A DNA stretch of 40,963 nt from IMG/VR virus record IMGVR_UViG_3300037424_001370, positions 1-40,963 of that record. The stretch is one strand, 5' to 3'. The stretch is from a virus. Lineage: Duplodnaviria; Caudoviricetes. This document shows positions 32,834 through 40,963 of the stretch, in pieces. Under the pieces are notes generated by a model that was not told the DNA's origin, searched no databases, and saw nothing but the letters and a program-made list of their open reading frames with translations. The stretch's first letter is position 1. Every line of letters starts with the position of its first letter. The position numbers and the translations under genes were made by a program.

Positions 32834-33382
32834 ATGCATAGAGCTCTGATCGCAGCAGCGGTGTCGATCGCGCTAGCGGGCGTCATGCTCCTATCGAGCT
32901 GCGCCGGGGTGGCGCCGGCCACCATGGTCACCCCGTCATCGCCCACGGCCGAGCCCTCCGCGCCGGAGCCCACGGCCGAGCCCTCCGCGCCGGAGCCGAC
33001 GGCCGAGCCTACCCCGACGCCAGAATCCACACGCACGGCGGATGACGAGCAGATTGCGTCGATCATGAAGGACGCGACGGCTGACCTGCTCGACCTAGTC
33101 GGCTCCGACTTCGGAAGGATGTCGGATTCCGAGATAGGGCGTACGTTCGAGCGCCTCGGCGACCTTGCGGAGAGGACGCAGACCAAATTGGCCCTCTACG
33201 ATGCCAGCCCCTGTACGGCCTCCGCACTCGCGACATACGTCGCTGGTCTGGAAACGCTCGCCAAGGCATCACAGGAGTTCCTGGTCTGGATGGCCACCGG
33301 TGCCGAAGGTGACGCCCCTGGTGACTTCGCGGGTGGAGCCGAGCGGATCGGGACCGGCGTCGCGTCGCTCGGTTGTCGTTGA
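32834..33382 (+). CDS. Putative lipoprotein (candidate superinfection exclusion)
   Basis: Signal peptide with LSSC lipobox, Pro-rich linker, RBS GAGGTGA. Confidence 0.7.
   Translation: MHRALIAAAVSIALAGVMLLSSCAGVAPATMVTPSSPTAEPSAPEPTAEPSAPEPTAEPTPTPESTRTADDEQIASIMKDATADLLDLVGSDFGRMSDSEIGRTFERLGDLAERTQTKLALYDASPCTASALATYVAGLETLAKASQEFLVWMATGAEGDAPGDFAGGAERIGTGVASLGCR
32941..33010 (+). repeat. 27-bp coding tandem repeat (PTAEPSAPE)
   Basis: gcccacggccgagccctccgcgccgga x2 plus a partial third copy. Confidence 0.85.
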
Positions 33383-33434
33383 AGTCGATGATGGCGACGG
33401 CCAGGTCCTCGGCATCGTCCCGCGTGAAAACGGC

Positions 33435-35675
33435 TCACTCCGCCTGGATGGCCCCGAGCACGTAGCCCGCGACGTCGCAGCCCAGCCGGCCACCGTTGGG
33501 CTGGGCCGTCGCGCTCTTGAGCTCGAGGCGCCAGATCCCCGCGCCCGTGATGTAGGCCGAGAGATCCTGGTCCGACACGTCGTCGGTGATCCCGCTCACC
33601 GTGGCGACGAGGTTCCACGTCGAGTCGTCGTCCCACTCGTAGACTTTGAGCGTCACGCTGTGGCTCGCCGGCATCGCCTCCTTGTAGACCCCGTACACCA
33701 GCGCGTGCGTGTGCCCCGGGACATCGTGGGCGTGGTTCGGGGTCGAGTGCGTGTGCGGGATTCCGTGGGTGTGCCCCATCCCGTGGTAGTGGTTTGTCGT
33801 GGGAATGTCGATGATCGCGGAGCTCGAGCCCGGGTTGTCCCACGTCGGATCCGCGCCGCCGCCGTGGTTGTGGCGCATGATCGCCCCGGTGACCGGGAAC
33901 CCACCCGTGTTGGTGGTGGAGTCGCTCGAGGAGCCGGACGAGCTCGCCGAGCTCGACCCCGACGTCGCGCCCCCGCCGCTCGCGCTCGTGAGGGTGCCGG
34001 AGCTGGCTGCCGTCTTGGCCGACGCGAAGTACTCCCGGAAGCGTAGGAACGCCTTGACATCGGCGATCATCCGGATCCGATCGGGGATGTAGATGAACAC
34101 GTCCATCGTGTCGGCGTCGTCGAACACGTCCGCCCCGCTGAAGCTGAACGGCACCAGCTGGCCCTGCGGCTGGCGGTTCTGCACCCCGAGCGAGGCCTTC
34201 GTGTCCTTCGCGCCCCGCGCGAGCGAGAGCAGGTGGTCGGTGCGCCGGGTGTTCACGTCGAGCGCGACCTTGATCTGCTCGTCGTCGTCCTCGGCCACGG
34301 TGATCGACACGACGCGCACGTCCTCGTCGGTGCCGAGGCGTGGCGAGACGACGCGGATCCAGTCACCCATCCCGTAGTGCTCGTCGACCCGGTAACGGGT
34401 CTCCTCGACCGCCAGGCCCACGGCCTCGGTCACCTGGTGCTCGTCGAGCGCGGCTTCGGCGAGGGCGTCGAGCTGATCGGGAGCTGAGATGTCCTTCGCG
34501 TCGAGGTACGCCTCGCGCAGGCGCCGGGTCGCCGTGGCCTCGGCCGCATAGTCGATCGCGTAATCCGCCTTGACCTCGATCACGCTGCGCTTCGCCGCGG
34601 GCGCCTTCCGCCGGTTGCTCCGGCGGGAGGACGCCGTCTTGCGCTTGCTCCGGGTGCTCTTCTTCTTGGGGGCGAGGTAGCTGAACACCGCATGCCCGGT
34701 GCCCTCCGCGACCACCCAGCCGAGCGTGTCCCGATCGCTGTCGTCGAGCGCCAGGCGGGCGATGTCCGCGCCCTCCTCGAAGATGATCTCTGCCGTGCGG
34801 TCGACGCCGAGCGAGTTCCAGTAGTTGAACGTCAGGCCGTCCATCTCGACGTCGCCGTAGACGTTGGTGACCGCCGTGATGACCTCGCCCTGGTCGTCGA
34901 AGCGGAAGTCCTGCGTCCACCCGTCCGCGCCCGTGCTCTCGATCGTGCCGCGCAGGATCACGGCCCCCGAGATCGCCGCGGCTCGCGGGTTGCTCTCGTC
35001 GATCAGGTCCCACAGCATCTCGCCGCAGGCGCGGTTGACGAACCGGCGCCACTGGCTTGCCGCGCTCCGGACCCGAGACCCCTTGCGGAACGTGTACGCA
35101 AGGTTGTCCTCGAGCGTGATGGATACTCCGGCGTCGATGCTCGCGATGATGCCCACCTGCCGGTAGCCGCCGCCGACGATCTCGACCGGGTCGCCGACGG
35201 TGGCGCCCTCGCCCGCCGTGGTGGATACGACCGGCACGACCTTCTGTGCCGCCGCCGCACTGGCGTCGGTCCGGGTCGTCCAGCCGCCGACCTTCCACTG
35301 CGTCGGATCCGAATCCACGTCGCTGTAGTGGGTCGGCCAGACCCGGCGGTCCGAACCCGGGAGCACGAGCGTGCCGCGTCCTGAGACCGTGACCCAGTCG
35401 GTGGCGTTCTCCTGCTCGTCGAGCGCCGACTGCCGGCCCTCGATCACCCACGCGAACGTCTTGTCACGGAAGCGCATCCAGACTAGGTTCTCGTAGGCGA
35501 ACAGGTCGTCGTGCTCGGCGACCAGGGCGTTGTCGAGGTGGTACTGGAGCGACCCGAACCCCGCCCTGTTGAGCTCGCGCTGGAAGGCGAACCGTCGGAA
35601 GGGGCTGGCCTGGCTCCGGTCGAGCCAGACCGTCCCCGTGCCGTCGGGTTGGGTGACCCACGCCTCGATGCTCAC
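33435..35675 (-). CDS. Tail tip/hub (Tal-like) protein with fibre-like C-terminus
   Basis: RELNRAG.G N-terminus, YGMGDWIRV, HxH repeats (HYH…HTH…HAH…HTH). Confidence 0.85.
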   Translation of the reverse strand: MSIEAWVTQPDGTGTVWLDRSQASPFRRFAFQRELNRAGFGSLQYHLDNALVAEHDDLFAYENLVWMRFRDKTFAWVIEGRQSALDEQENATDWVTVSGRGTLVLPGSDRRVWPTHYSDVDSDPTQWKVGGWTTRTDASAAAAQKVVPVVSTTAGEGATVGDPVEIVGGGYRQVGIIASIDAGVSITLEDNLAYTFRKGSRVRSAASQWRRFVNRACGEMLWDLIDESNPRAAAISGAVILRGTIESTGADGWTQDFRFDDQGEVITAVTNVYGDVEMDGLTFNYWNSLGVDRTAEIIFEEGADIARLALDDSDRDTLGWVVAEGTGHAVFSYLAPKKKSTRSKRKTASSRRSNRRKAPAAKRSVIEVKADYAIDYAAEATATRRLREAYLDAKDISAPDQLDALAEAALDEHQVTEAVGLAVEETRYRVDEHYGMGDWIRVVSPRLGTDEDVRVVSITVAEDDDEQIKVALDVNTRRTDHLLSLARGAKDTKASLGVQNRQPQGQLVPFSFSGADVFDDADTMDVFIYIPDRIRMIADVKAFLRFREYFASAKTAASSGTLTSASGGGATSGSSSASSSGSSSDSTTNTGGFPVTGAIMRHNHGGGADPTWDNPGSSSAIIDIPTTNHYHGMGHTHGIPHTHSTPNHAHDVPGHTHALVYGVYKEAMPASHSVTLKVYEWDDDSTWNLVATVSGITDDVSDQDLSAYITGAGIWRLELKSATAQPNGGRLGCDVAGYVLGAIQAE

Positions 35676-38134
35676 AGGTATGTCTCGTCACGACGGATGC
35701 GCACCGTGGTGGGCTGGCCCGTCACCCGGATGGTGTTCCGCCCCCGCCAGAGCCGGAGGTACTCGCCGTGCTCGTTGTCGGATGCGAGGGTGAGGTTCCC
35801 GCGGTCCTGCACGCCGTCGAGCGTCACGACCCGGAGCCCCGAGTCGACAGCGAGCGTCTTCCGGCCGAGGGGATAGTAGGCCGAGGCGCCGAGGTCCTCG
35901 GCCGCCGTGCGCTGCGTCTCGGCTGTCCGGGCCGTCCCCAGGCGCATCCGCTCGGCAGTCGTCAGGACGCGGTTGAACACCGCGACGGCAGCGATTCCGC
36001 CGTCCCATGACTGCGACGTGTAGCCGATGTACCGGGAGCCGACCGGGTTGGTGATGGTCTGGTTGGCGAATGTCCGGCGCATCGGCGCCCGATCGAGGTA
36101 GACCTGCGCGTCGCCCGAGGTTACCCCACCCTTGGTGACAAGGATGTGGTGCCACGTCGACAGGTCATCGAAGGGGAGGATGGAGACAAGGTACGACCCG
36201 ACGCCGACCTTCTGGCACTCCACTGTATTGTCTGCCTTGCAGTAGAACGCCAGCCCGTTCACGGCGTCGTGCGTCCAGAACCGCTGGATCGTCCCGATGG
36301 ATGCGCGCTTGACCCACATCGAGATGGAGAATGTGTCGCCGAATTGCAGGGCCGCCAAGTCGGGGAGACTGACCCGCTGGTTGGATGCCGTGGCGAAGGT
36401 CGTCCCGGTGTCGCCGGCGACGATCGAGAGGTCGAGCAGGCCCCGCGCGATGGCGATGGTGATCGCCTTGTCGATCTCCGAGGCGATGAGGGTATGCCCG
36501 GCCGGGGTCGGGTGGACGCGGTCCGCGGCGATGAGTGCGCTGCCGCCGACCGGTGGATCGGTGTACCCGCCGAAGACCCCGACGAGCGAGGTGAACAGGA
36601 CCGAGGGGTCCGCCTGGCAGATGGCCTCCATCGCCGCCACGTAGTCCGACCACGGCGCGGCCGGTGCGGCGACGTACGCCTGGTACGGCGCGACGAGAAG
36701 GATCTGCGCGGTGGGGACGGTGACGCGGACGTTCGTGATGATCGTCTGGAGCCGTGCGCTGAAGGTCGCGACCGCGATGTTGTTGGCGTAGTCGTTGACC
36801 CCGAGCATGATCGTGACGAGCTCCGGAGCGACGGTCGCCAGCGAGTCGAGCCACCACGTTCCCCCGGCCGAGAACGTCACCGTCTGCGCTCCGCCTCGGG
36901 CACCGTTCCACACCCTGACGCCGGTCTCCTCGTCGCCGTTGTAGATCATCGCGCCCTCAAGTAGGGCGACGCCCGAGACCCAGTCCACGTCGAGGGTGTG
37001 CGAGGCCGCGGACAGGCCGCGGATGGGCGTGACCCGGCCGCCATAGTTGTCGACCTGCTGGTTGACGTCGGTCCACGCGCCGCCGTCGATGCGCCAGCGG
37101 AAGTGCCCAGGGTTGCCCGTGCCGCACCACAGGATATCGATGCCGGTGCAGGTCTCGGTGATCGAGAACGTGCAGGCCGCCGTCATCAGCTCGCCCTGGA
37201 GCCCGAGTCCGATCGTGTAGTACGCCGTCGACGAACCCGCCCTCGACCAGTCGCCCCACGCCCCGTAGGCGGAGGAGGGACGGTATCCAACGCCGCCCGC
37301 GGCCCCGGAGGGATGCGCGGTGCGAAGTGTCGCCTGGATCTTCTCGATCCACCGGTCCGCGAGGGCGTAACTCGAAATCCCGTTGGTGAGGGAGTCGCCC
37401 ACACACACGATGTCGTGGACCGGCCAGGACAGGATCGAGCTGGCGCCGGCGGTGGGGCTGCCCTGCAACGTCCCGTCCGCCGTGCCGATAATGTCGGCAG
37501 CGGTCGTCCCCGTCGAGAACGCCGCGCGGCTGAACCCCGGTTGCGTTGAGGGTCGGGTGACGTTGACGACGCTCACTCCGGACGCTGCCTCGTCCACCTC
37601 GACGCGGAGGCCGGTTGTTACGGCCGTGCCCTCGGCAGTGATCGTGAGGTAGTACGGGTCCGCGTTCGGGGCTGCCTCGATCGTGTCGACCGAGACATGC
37701 CACAGCGGATCGCTGACGGCCTCCCACTCGAGGCTCATGGCGCGGTACTCGGCGATCTGGGCGTCGCCCGGCAGGATGTTCCGAGCGGCGCAGGTGATCC
37801 AGCGGGTCGAGCCGTCCTCGAGGGTGGCTACCAGGATCCGCTCGCCGATCGTGGGGTCCATCCACCCCTTGACCTCGTCGACGTACGCCCGGAAGGCCGC
37901 GCGGGCAGTGGAGTCCGCTGGACCCGTGATGTGGCCGTTGGCCACGATGGGCCGCCGGTGCGGAAGGCGCAGGCCCGGCAGGCGTCCCGCGCGGAACGGG
38001 ATCAGCTGGTCCGCCCCCCTGACCTCGGGCAGCGTGTCGAGCCCCTCGGCGAGGTCGAAGAAGATGTTGAGGTCCGGGCGGGCGAGGTCATGGCCATCCC
38101 AGACGAGGCCGATGACCGCGACGGGGCTGGTCAT
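35672..38134 (-). CDS. Distal tail protein (Dit) with LamG and SGNH hydrolase insertions
   Basis: Follows TMP. Dit-like ends (L..GRNTIRV); GDSLT, G, LGVND, DRVHP blocks; ISMWVK…WHHI…VFNRVLT. Confidence 0.85.
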   Translation of the reverse strand: MTSPVAVIGLVWDGHDLARPDLNIFFDLAEGLDTLPEVRGADQLIPFRAGRLPGLRLPHRRPIVANGHITGPADSTARAAFRAYVDEVKGWMDPTIGERILVATLEDGSTRWITCAARNILPGDAQIAEYRAMSLEWEAVSDPLWHVSVDTIEAAPNADPYYLTITAEGTAVTTGLRVEVDEAASGVSVVNVTRPSTQPGFSRAAFSTGTTAADIIGTADGTLQGSPTAGASSILSWPVHDIVCVGDSLTNGISSYALADRWIEKIQATLRTAHPSGAAGGVGYRPSSAYGAWGDWSRAGSSTAYYTIGLGLQGELMTAACTFSITETCTGIDILWCGTGNPGHFRWRIDGGAWTDVNQQVDNYGGRVTPIRGLSAASHTLDVDWVSGVALLEGAMIYNGDEETGVRVWNGARGGAQTVTFSAGGTWWLDSLATVAPELVTIMLGVNDYANNIAVATFSARLQTIITNVRVTVPTAQILLVAPYQAYVAAPAAPWSDYVAAMEAICQADPSVLFTSLVGVFGGYTDPPVGGSALIAADRVHPTPAGHTLIASEIDKAITIAIARGLLDLSIVAGDTGTTFATASNQRVSLPDLAALQFGDTFSISMWVKRASIGTIQRFWTHDAVNGLAFYCKADNTVECQKVGVGSYLVSILPFDDLSTWHHILVTKGGVTSGDAQVYLDRAPMRRTFANQTITNPVGSRYIGYTSQSWDGGIAAVAVFNRVLTTAERMRLGTARTAETQRTAAEDLGASAYYPLGRKTLAVDSGLRVVTLDGVQDRGNLTLASDNEHGEYLRLWRGRNTIRVTGQPTTVRIRRDETYL

Positions 38135-40626
38135 GACATCCCCAGCGCTGCGGTCCGCCGGAGCATGCGGCCGATGTCCTCGTCGGCGGCGCGCGGCTCC
38201 GGGTTGTAGATGGTGATCGACGGGCTGAACCCGCCGGAGGTGCCCCGGACCATCTCGACCGACTGCTGGTGCGTGAAGATGCGGTAGTCGGCCTCGGGGA
38301 TGCCGATCTCCGGCCCCTCCTCGCCGAACACTGCCGGCACGCCGCGGCGTGCGATCCCGCCCCGCGCGTGACCTGGGAGCGTGAACCCGACGGAGGCGTT
38401 GATCGTGAAGTCGCCGGTCGCGATCGCCCGCTTGAGCCGCGCGGCGAAGGCCTCGCCGGCAGCCTCGCCGGCTTCGCTCGCCGGGCCCTTCGTCGCCTCG
38501 AGCCGCTCGACCACGGCCTCCTTGACCTCGCGAGCACGCCGGCGCGCCTTGGGCGTGCCGTGCTTGATCGCCTCCTCGAGCGCGTCCATGGCCTTCTCGC
38601 CGGCCTTCCCGCCCCGGCCGATGATCTGGGCCAGCTCCTTGACAGCCACCGCCTGGACGCGCTCGGCTTCCTTGCGGACCGCGCCCCGCTTGTCGTCCAG
38701 GGCGCCGGCGAGCTCGTCACCGATGAGGAGCCCGATGCCGCGTGTTGCCCGCTGGGCCGGACGGAGCGCGTTCTTCATCAGGTTGCGCAGGGTGTCCATC
38801 GCGTCGACGACGCGGTTCTGCCGCGCGAGGACACCGTCGGCGATGCTCTCGGGGATCTTCTGGGCGGCCGCCCCAAGCCTCGCCAGGACCTCCGGCGAAG
38901 GAGTCATCGGCCCGTACATTTCGCCGATCGCCTCGTTGACCCAGTGAGCGCCCCGGTCGAGCCCGGCCGCGACGGCTTCGGGGATGCGCTCGCCGCGGCG
39001 CTCGAGCTCGGCGGTGTATGCGTCGAGCTGGGTCTGCAGCTCCCGGACCTGGTCGCCGTATAGGAGTCCGCCGAGCGGGAGCGCCTCGATGTCGGCGATC
39101 CCCTGCTCGATAGCCGCCTTGCCGATCCGGAGCTCCTCGGTTGTGCCCTCGACGATCTGCTCCGCGGCCGCCTTGCCGATCTCGCGCGCCTGCTCCTGGA
39201 GCCCGGGGTCGAGGACGATGGCCTTGAACGCGAGGGCGATGCCAACACCCGCTGCCGCCACCAGGGCGAACGGGATGGCCGCGGCCATGAGACCACCGAT
39301 CGTGGTGCCGGCCCCCGTCGCAGCGCCGGCGACGGCGGACGAGGCGCCCGCCTCGGCGACACCGGTCGCGATGGCTGCGGGCGCGGCGCGCGCGACCGCC
39401 TGGCCGAGTCCCCGGCCGAGTGCCGGGCCGAGCTTGCCCGCGAGCTTGCCGGCGATCCCGCCGACCGCGCCGCCGATCAGCTTGGCCGGGCTGACGCCGA
39501 AGAGCTGGCCGCCCTGGTTGAGCGCGAGCAGGAACGGTCCCAGGGCCTGGAACTTCTCCCCGACGTCGATGGCGATCGTCGCTGCGGTGGCCGCGAGCTT
39601 GTCGCCCGACGCCTTGATCCCCGAGTCCATCGTCTTGAAGGCCTCGTCGACGGTCCCCGCTCCGTCGCCCATCGCCTCGAGGTTGTTCGTGAACGTGCCT
39701 GCCTGGGCGTCGGTGAGGGCGATCGCCGACGTGAGGGCCTCCGACGAGCCGAGCATGGCCTGCAGCTTCTGCGTGCTTCCGCCCGTGGTCTCGACCAGGC
39801 CGTCGAGCGTGCCTTTGAGGCCAAGCGCCGCGATCGCCTCCTGCGTCGTGCCGTAGCCCATCTCCTTGAGGCCCGCCGTCAGGGCCGGGTTCTGCTGGAT
39901 CATCGCCGTGAACACGGCCTTGAGCTGCGTCATGACCTCGGCGGTGTTGCCGGTGACGCCGAACAGCGAAGCCGAGGCGGCGGCGAGCTGCTCATTGCCG
40001 ATGCCCAGGGCAGCCGCGAGCGGGACCGCCTTGCCGTAGGACGCGGCGAGCTCGGGGATCGTCGTCTGCCCGAGCTTGACCATCAGCTGCGAGAGGTCGG
40101 CGGCCTCCGTGACCGCGGCCTGCGAGGTGTCGCCGTACCCCTTGGTCACGGCCGAGAGCAGGCTGACCTCGTCGGCGGTCTTGGCGACGCCCGCGACCGC
40201 GCCCTTGTTCGCGGTCCGCAGGAAGTCGAACACGTTGTCCTGTGGGACGCCGGCGCTGATCGCCTGGTAGAGCGCGGGGATGACCTCGTCGGGCAGCTTC
40301 CCGGTCTCCCGGCTGAACGCCTTGACGTCGTCCGACATCTTCCCCATCTGCTCGGATGTGATGTCCGGGAGCAGGGTGAAGACCTCGTTCATGCGCTGCT
40401 GGAAGGCGCCGAACTGCTCGACGCCCGAGGTCACGAACGTGCCGACCGCGGCGCCCGCCACCGTGAGCCCGCGCTGGGCGTTTCTGGCGATGGACTGGCC
40501 GAGCGTCCCGCCGACCTTCCCTCCGGCCTTGCCTGCCGCGTTGGCGCCCTCCTGCTCGATCGACTGCAGGAGCCGGCCACCGTCGGCGAGGAGTTCGAGG
40601 TAGAGCTGGCCGATGTTGAAGCCCAC
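38131..40626 (-). CDS. Tape measure protein (TP901-type)
   Basis: Ala/Gly-rich, 831 aa; ALYQAISAG, VKLGQTT..EL, C-terminal GEEGPE. Confidence 0.93.
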   Translation of the reverse strand: MGFNIGQLYLELLADGGRLLQSIEQEGANAAGKAGGKVGGTLGQSIARNAQRGLTVAGAAVGTFVTSGVEQFGAFQQRMNEVFTLLPDITSEQMGKMSDDVKAFSRETGKLPDEVIPALYQAISAGVPQDNVFDFLRTANKGAVAGVAKTADEVSLLSAVTKGYGDTSQAAVTEAADLSQLMVKLGQTTIPELAASYGKAVPLAAALGIGNEQLAAASASLFGVTGNTAEVMTQLKAVFTAMIQQNPALTAGLKEMGYGTTQEAIAALGLKGTLDGLVETTGGSTQKLQAMLGSSEALTSAIALTDAQAGTFTNNLEAMGDGAGTVDEAFKTMDSGIKASGDKLAATAATIAIDVGEKFQALGPFLLALNQGGQLFGVSPAKLIGGAVGGIAGKLAGKLGPALGRGLGQAVARAAPAAIATGVAEAGASSAVAGAATGAGTTIGGLMAAAIPFALVAAAGVGIALAFKAIVLDPGLQEQAREIGKAAAEQIVEGTTEELRIGKAAIEQGIADIEALPLGGLLYGDQVRELQTQLDAYTAELERRGERIPEAVAAGLDRGAHWVNEAIGEMYGPMTPSPEVLARLGAAAQKIPESIADGVLARQNRVVDAMDTLRNLMKNALRPAQRATRGIGLLIGDELAGALDDKRGAVRKEAERVQAVAVKELAQIIGRGGKAGEKAMDALEEAIKHGTPKARRRAREVKEAVVERLEATKGPASEAGEAAGEAFAARLKRAIATGDFTINASVGFTLPGHARGGIARRGVPAVFGEEGPEIGIPEADYRIFTHQQSVEMVRGTSGGFSPSITIYNPEPRAADEDIGRMLRRTAALGMS

Positions 40627-40629
40627 GGC

Positions 40630-40923
40630 TCAGCCCTGCCCCAGCTCGTAGAGCTGCCAAGTCGCAGAGGGCGTCACCGTGTCGTCGTCCGGAACGTACC
40701 GGCCGGGTGCGCGCTGGTCCACCGGTGGCCAGATGTGGGCCGGCTGGCGCAGGATGGCCGCCCCCAGCGAGCGCGGCCGGATCGCCGGCCAGGTCCGGTA
40801 CCAGTCGGGACGCAGGGCGGGCGCGTTCCCGGGCACGATCGCACCGCCGAGGGGACCGCCGACGAGCAGCAGGGCCACCGGCGGAGTCGACTGAGCGGCA
40901 GAGCGCCGCGCCTGGCGGTTCAT
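40630..40923 (-). CDS. Hypothetical protein
   Basis: RBS GGAGG, TGATG coupling to the gp10-like gene, LVGGPLGG motif. Confidence 0.65.
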   Translation of the reverse strand: MNRQARRSAAQSTPPVALLLVGGPLGGAIVPGNAPALRPDWYRTWPAIRPRSLGAAILRQPAHIWPPVDQRAPGRYVPDDDTVTPSATWQLYELGQG

Positions 40924-40963
40924 CACCCGCCTCCCGCCGCGTTCCGCGCCCGGGACGCCGCGA

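Larger units (their letters stand above)
1..40963. mobile_element. Complete temperate siphophage genome, circularly permuted
   Basis: Terminase, portal, protease, capsid, tail, lysis, integrase, repressor and replication modules are all present. The first 7 nt (gccgcga) equal the last 7 nt, and a gene reads through the join. Confidence 0.95.

Noticed and set aside
33435-38134. Diversity-generating retroelement targeting tail genes
   Set aside because: No reverse transcriptase and no TR/VR pair with adenine-specific differences was seen.

Overview
This window is an apparently complete, circularly permuted genome (~40,956 bp once a 7-nt terminal overlap is removed) of a very GC-rich temperate siphovirus with an HK97-like head and a TP901/lambda-like tail. 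The host is probably a high-GC monoderm (Actinomycetota or Chloroflexota), which is inferred only. Almost all genes are on the minus strand, in this order: cro, early/recombination/replication genes, xis-int-attP, lysis, cos-like site, HNH, terminases, portal, S49 protease, capsid, neck, tail (wrapping through the window ends), TMP, Dit, tail tip. The credible plus-strand genes are the cI-like repressor, a lipoprotein and one gene inside the head module. That head-module locus (6630-7390) is the most striking feature: a repeat-bounded cassette between portal and protease holding a candidate small RNA with terminator, a pseudoknot-capable leader, and a 108-aa protein that is a fragment-sized paralog of the phage's own major capsid protein. 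The fragment gene shares a perfect 32-bp in-frame inverted repeat with the capsid gene, so it could be a capsid decoy or part of an invertible capsid N-terminus switch. Other notable points are a portal with a C-terminal HTH, extra cos-like motifs in the replication region, attP between the early and lysis/late genes, repeat-linked modular accessory genes, and a Dit with nested LamG/SGNH domains. All assignments are by motif recognition from the sequence; no database searches were run.
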